64,000 bases of DNA from an uncultured Chloroflexia bacterium (GTDB taxonomy: Bacteria > Chloroflexota > Limnocylindria > Limnocylindrales > CSP1-4), in the NCBI GenBank assembly GCA_963708065.1, contig CAVPRZ010000004.1, positions 511,863-575,862 of the forward strand, written 5' to 3'. The notes under the pieces are model-generated. The model saw only the letters and a program-made list of their open reading frames with translations, was not told where the DNA came from and searched no databases. Positions 63,929-64,000 of this stretch are shown one piece after another. Within the stretch, counting starts at the first letter, position 1. Each line of letters opens with the position of its first letter. A program made the position numbers and the translations under genes.

Positions 63929-64000
63929 CTACCACTCGTGCGGGTTGATGACCAGGCCGGTGACCGGCTTGGGGTAGAAGTAGGTCGACTTCTGGGGCAT
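63929..64000 (-). CDS. C-terminus of DUF1015 family protein (partial)
   Basis: MPQKSTYFYPKPVTGLVINPHEW* matches the characteristic MPxKSTxFxPK tail. Confidence 0.8.
   Translation of the reverse strand: MPQKSTYFYPKPVTGLVINPHEW

Overview
High-GC bacterial chromosomal window. Gene content (DUF4032, DUF1015, ScyD/E, lone Flp pilin, XRE-PD(D/E)xK protein, many apparently leaderless genes) suggests a Chloroflexota lineage, possibly Limnocylindria-like; this is inference. Roughly a third of the genes are split by 1-bp frameshifts, most simply explained as unpolished long-read errors, so many long ORFs in the supplied track are artefacts. Core content: acyl-CoA metabolism (thiolase, hydroxybutyryl-CoA dehydrogenase, a B12 mutase with isobutyryl-CoA-mutase residues, MeaB), folE, trxA, an ABC exporter, three tRNAs (Lys-CTT, Arg-TCT, Glu-CTC) and an orphan DNA methyltransferase. 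Best candidates for new biology: (1) an 8-gene copper-acquisition-like operon (49.4-57.1 kb) led by a His-containing membrane protein ending in a RAPP arrest motif whose codons can base-pair with the next gene's ribosome-binding region; (2) an ECF sigma factor coupled to an Ogt protein with an anti-sigma-like N-terminus and C-terminal Ada Zn domain; (3) an LLM oxidoreductase-MenA prenyltransferase fusion coupled to a CPBP protease; (4) a membrane protein with 12 (H)GDEL-x-G-x-R repeats; (5) a rod-like 6S/Ms1-type ncRNA candidate at 25.6-25.8 kb; (6) a phased DnaA-box triplet upstream of an uncharacterised gene.
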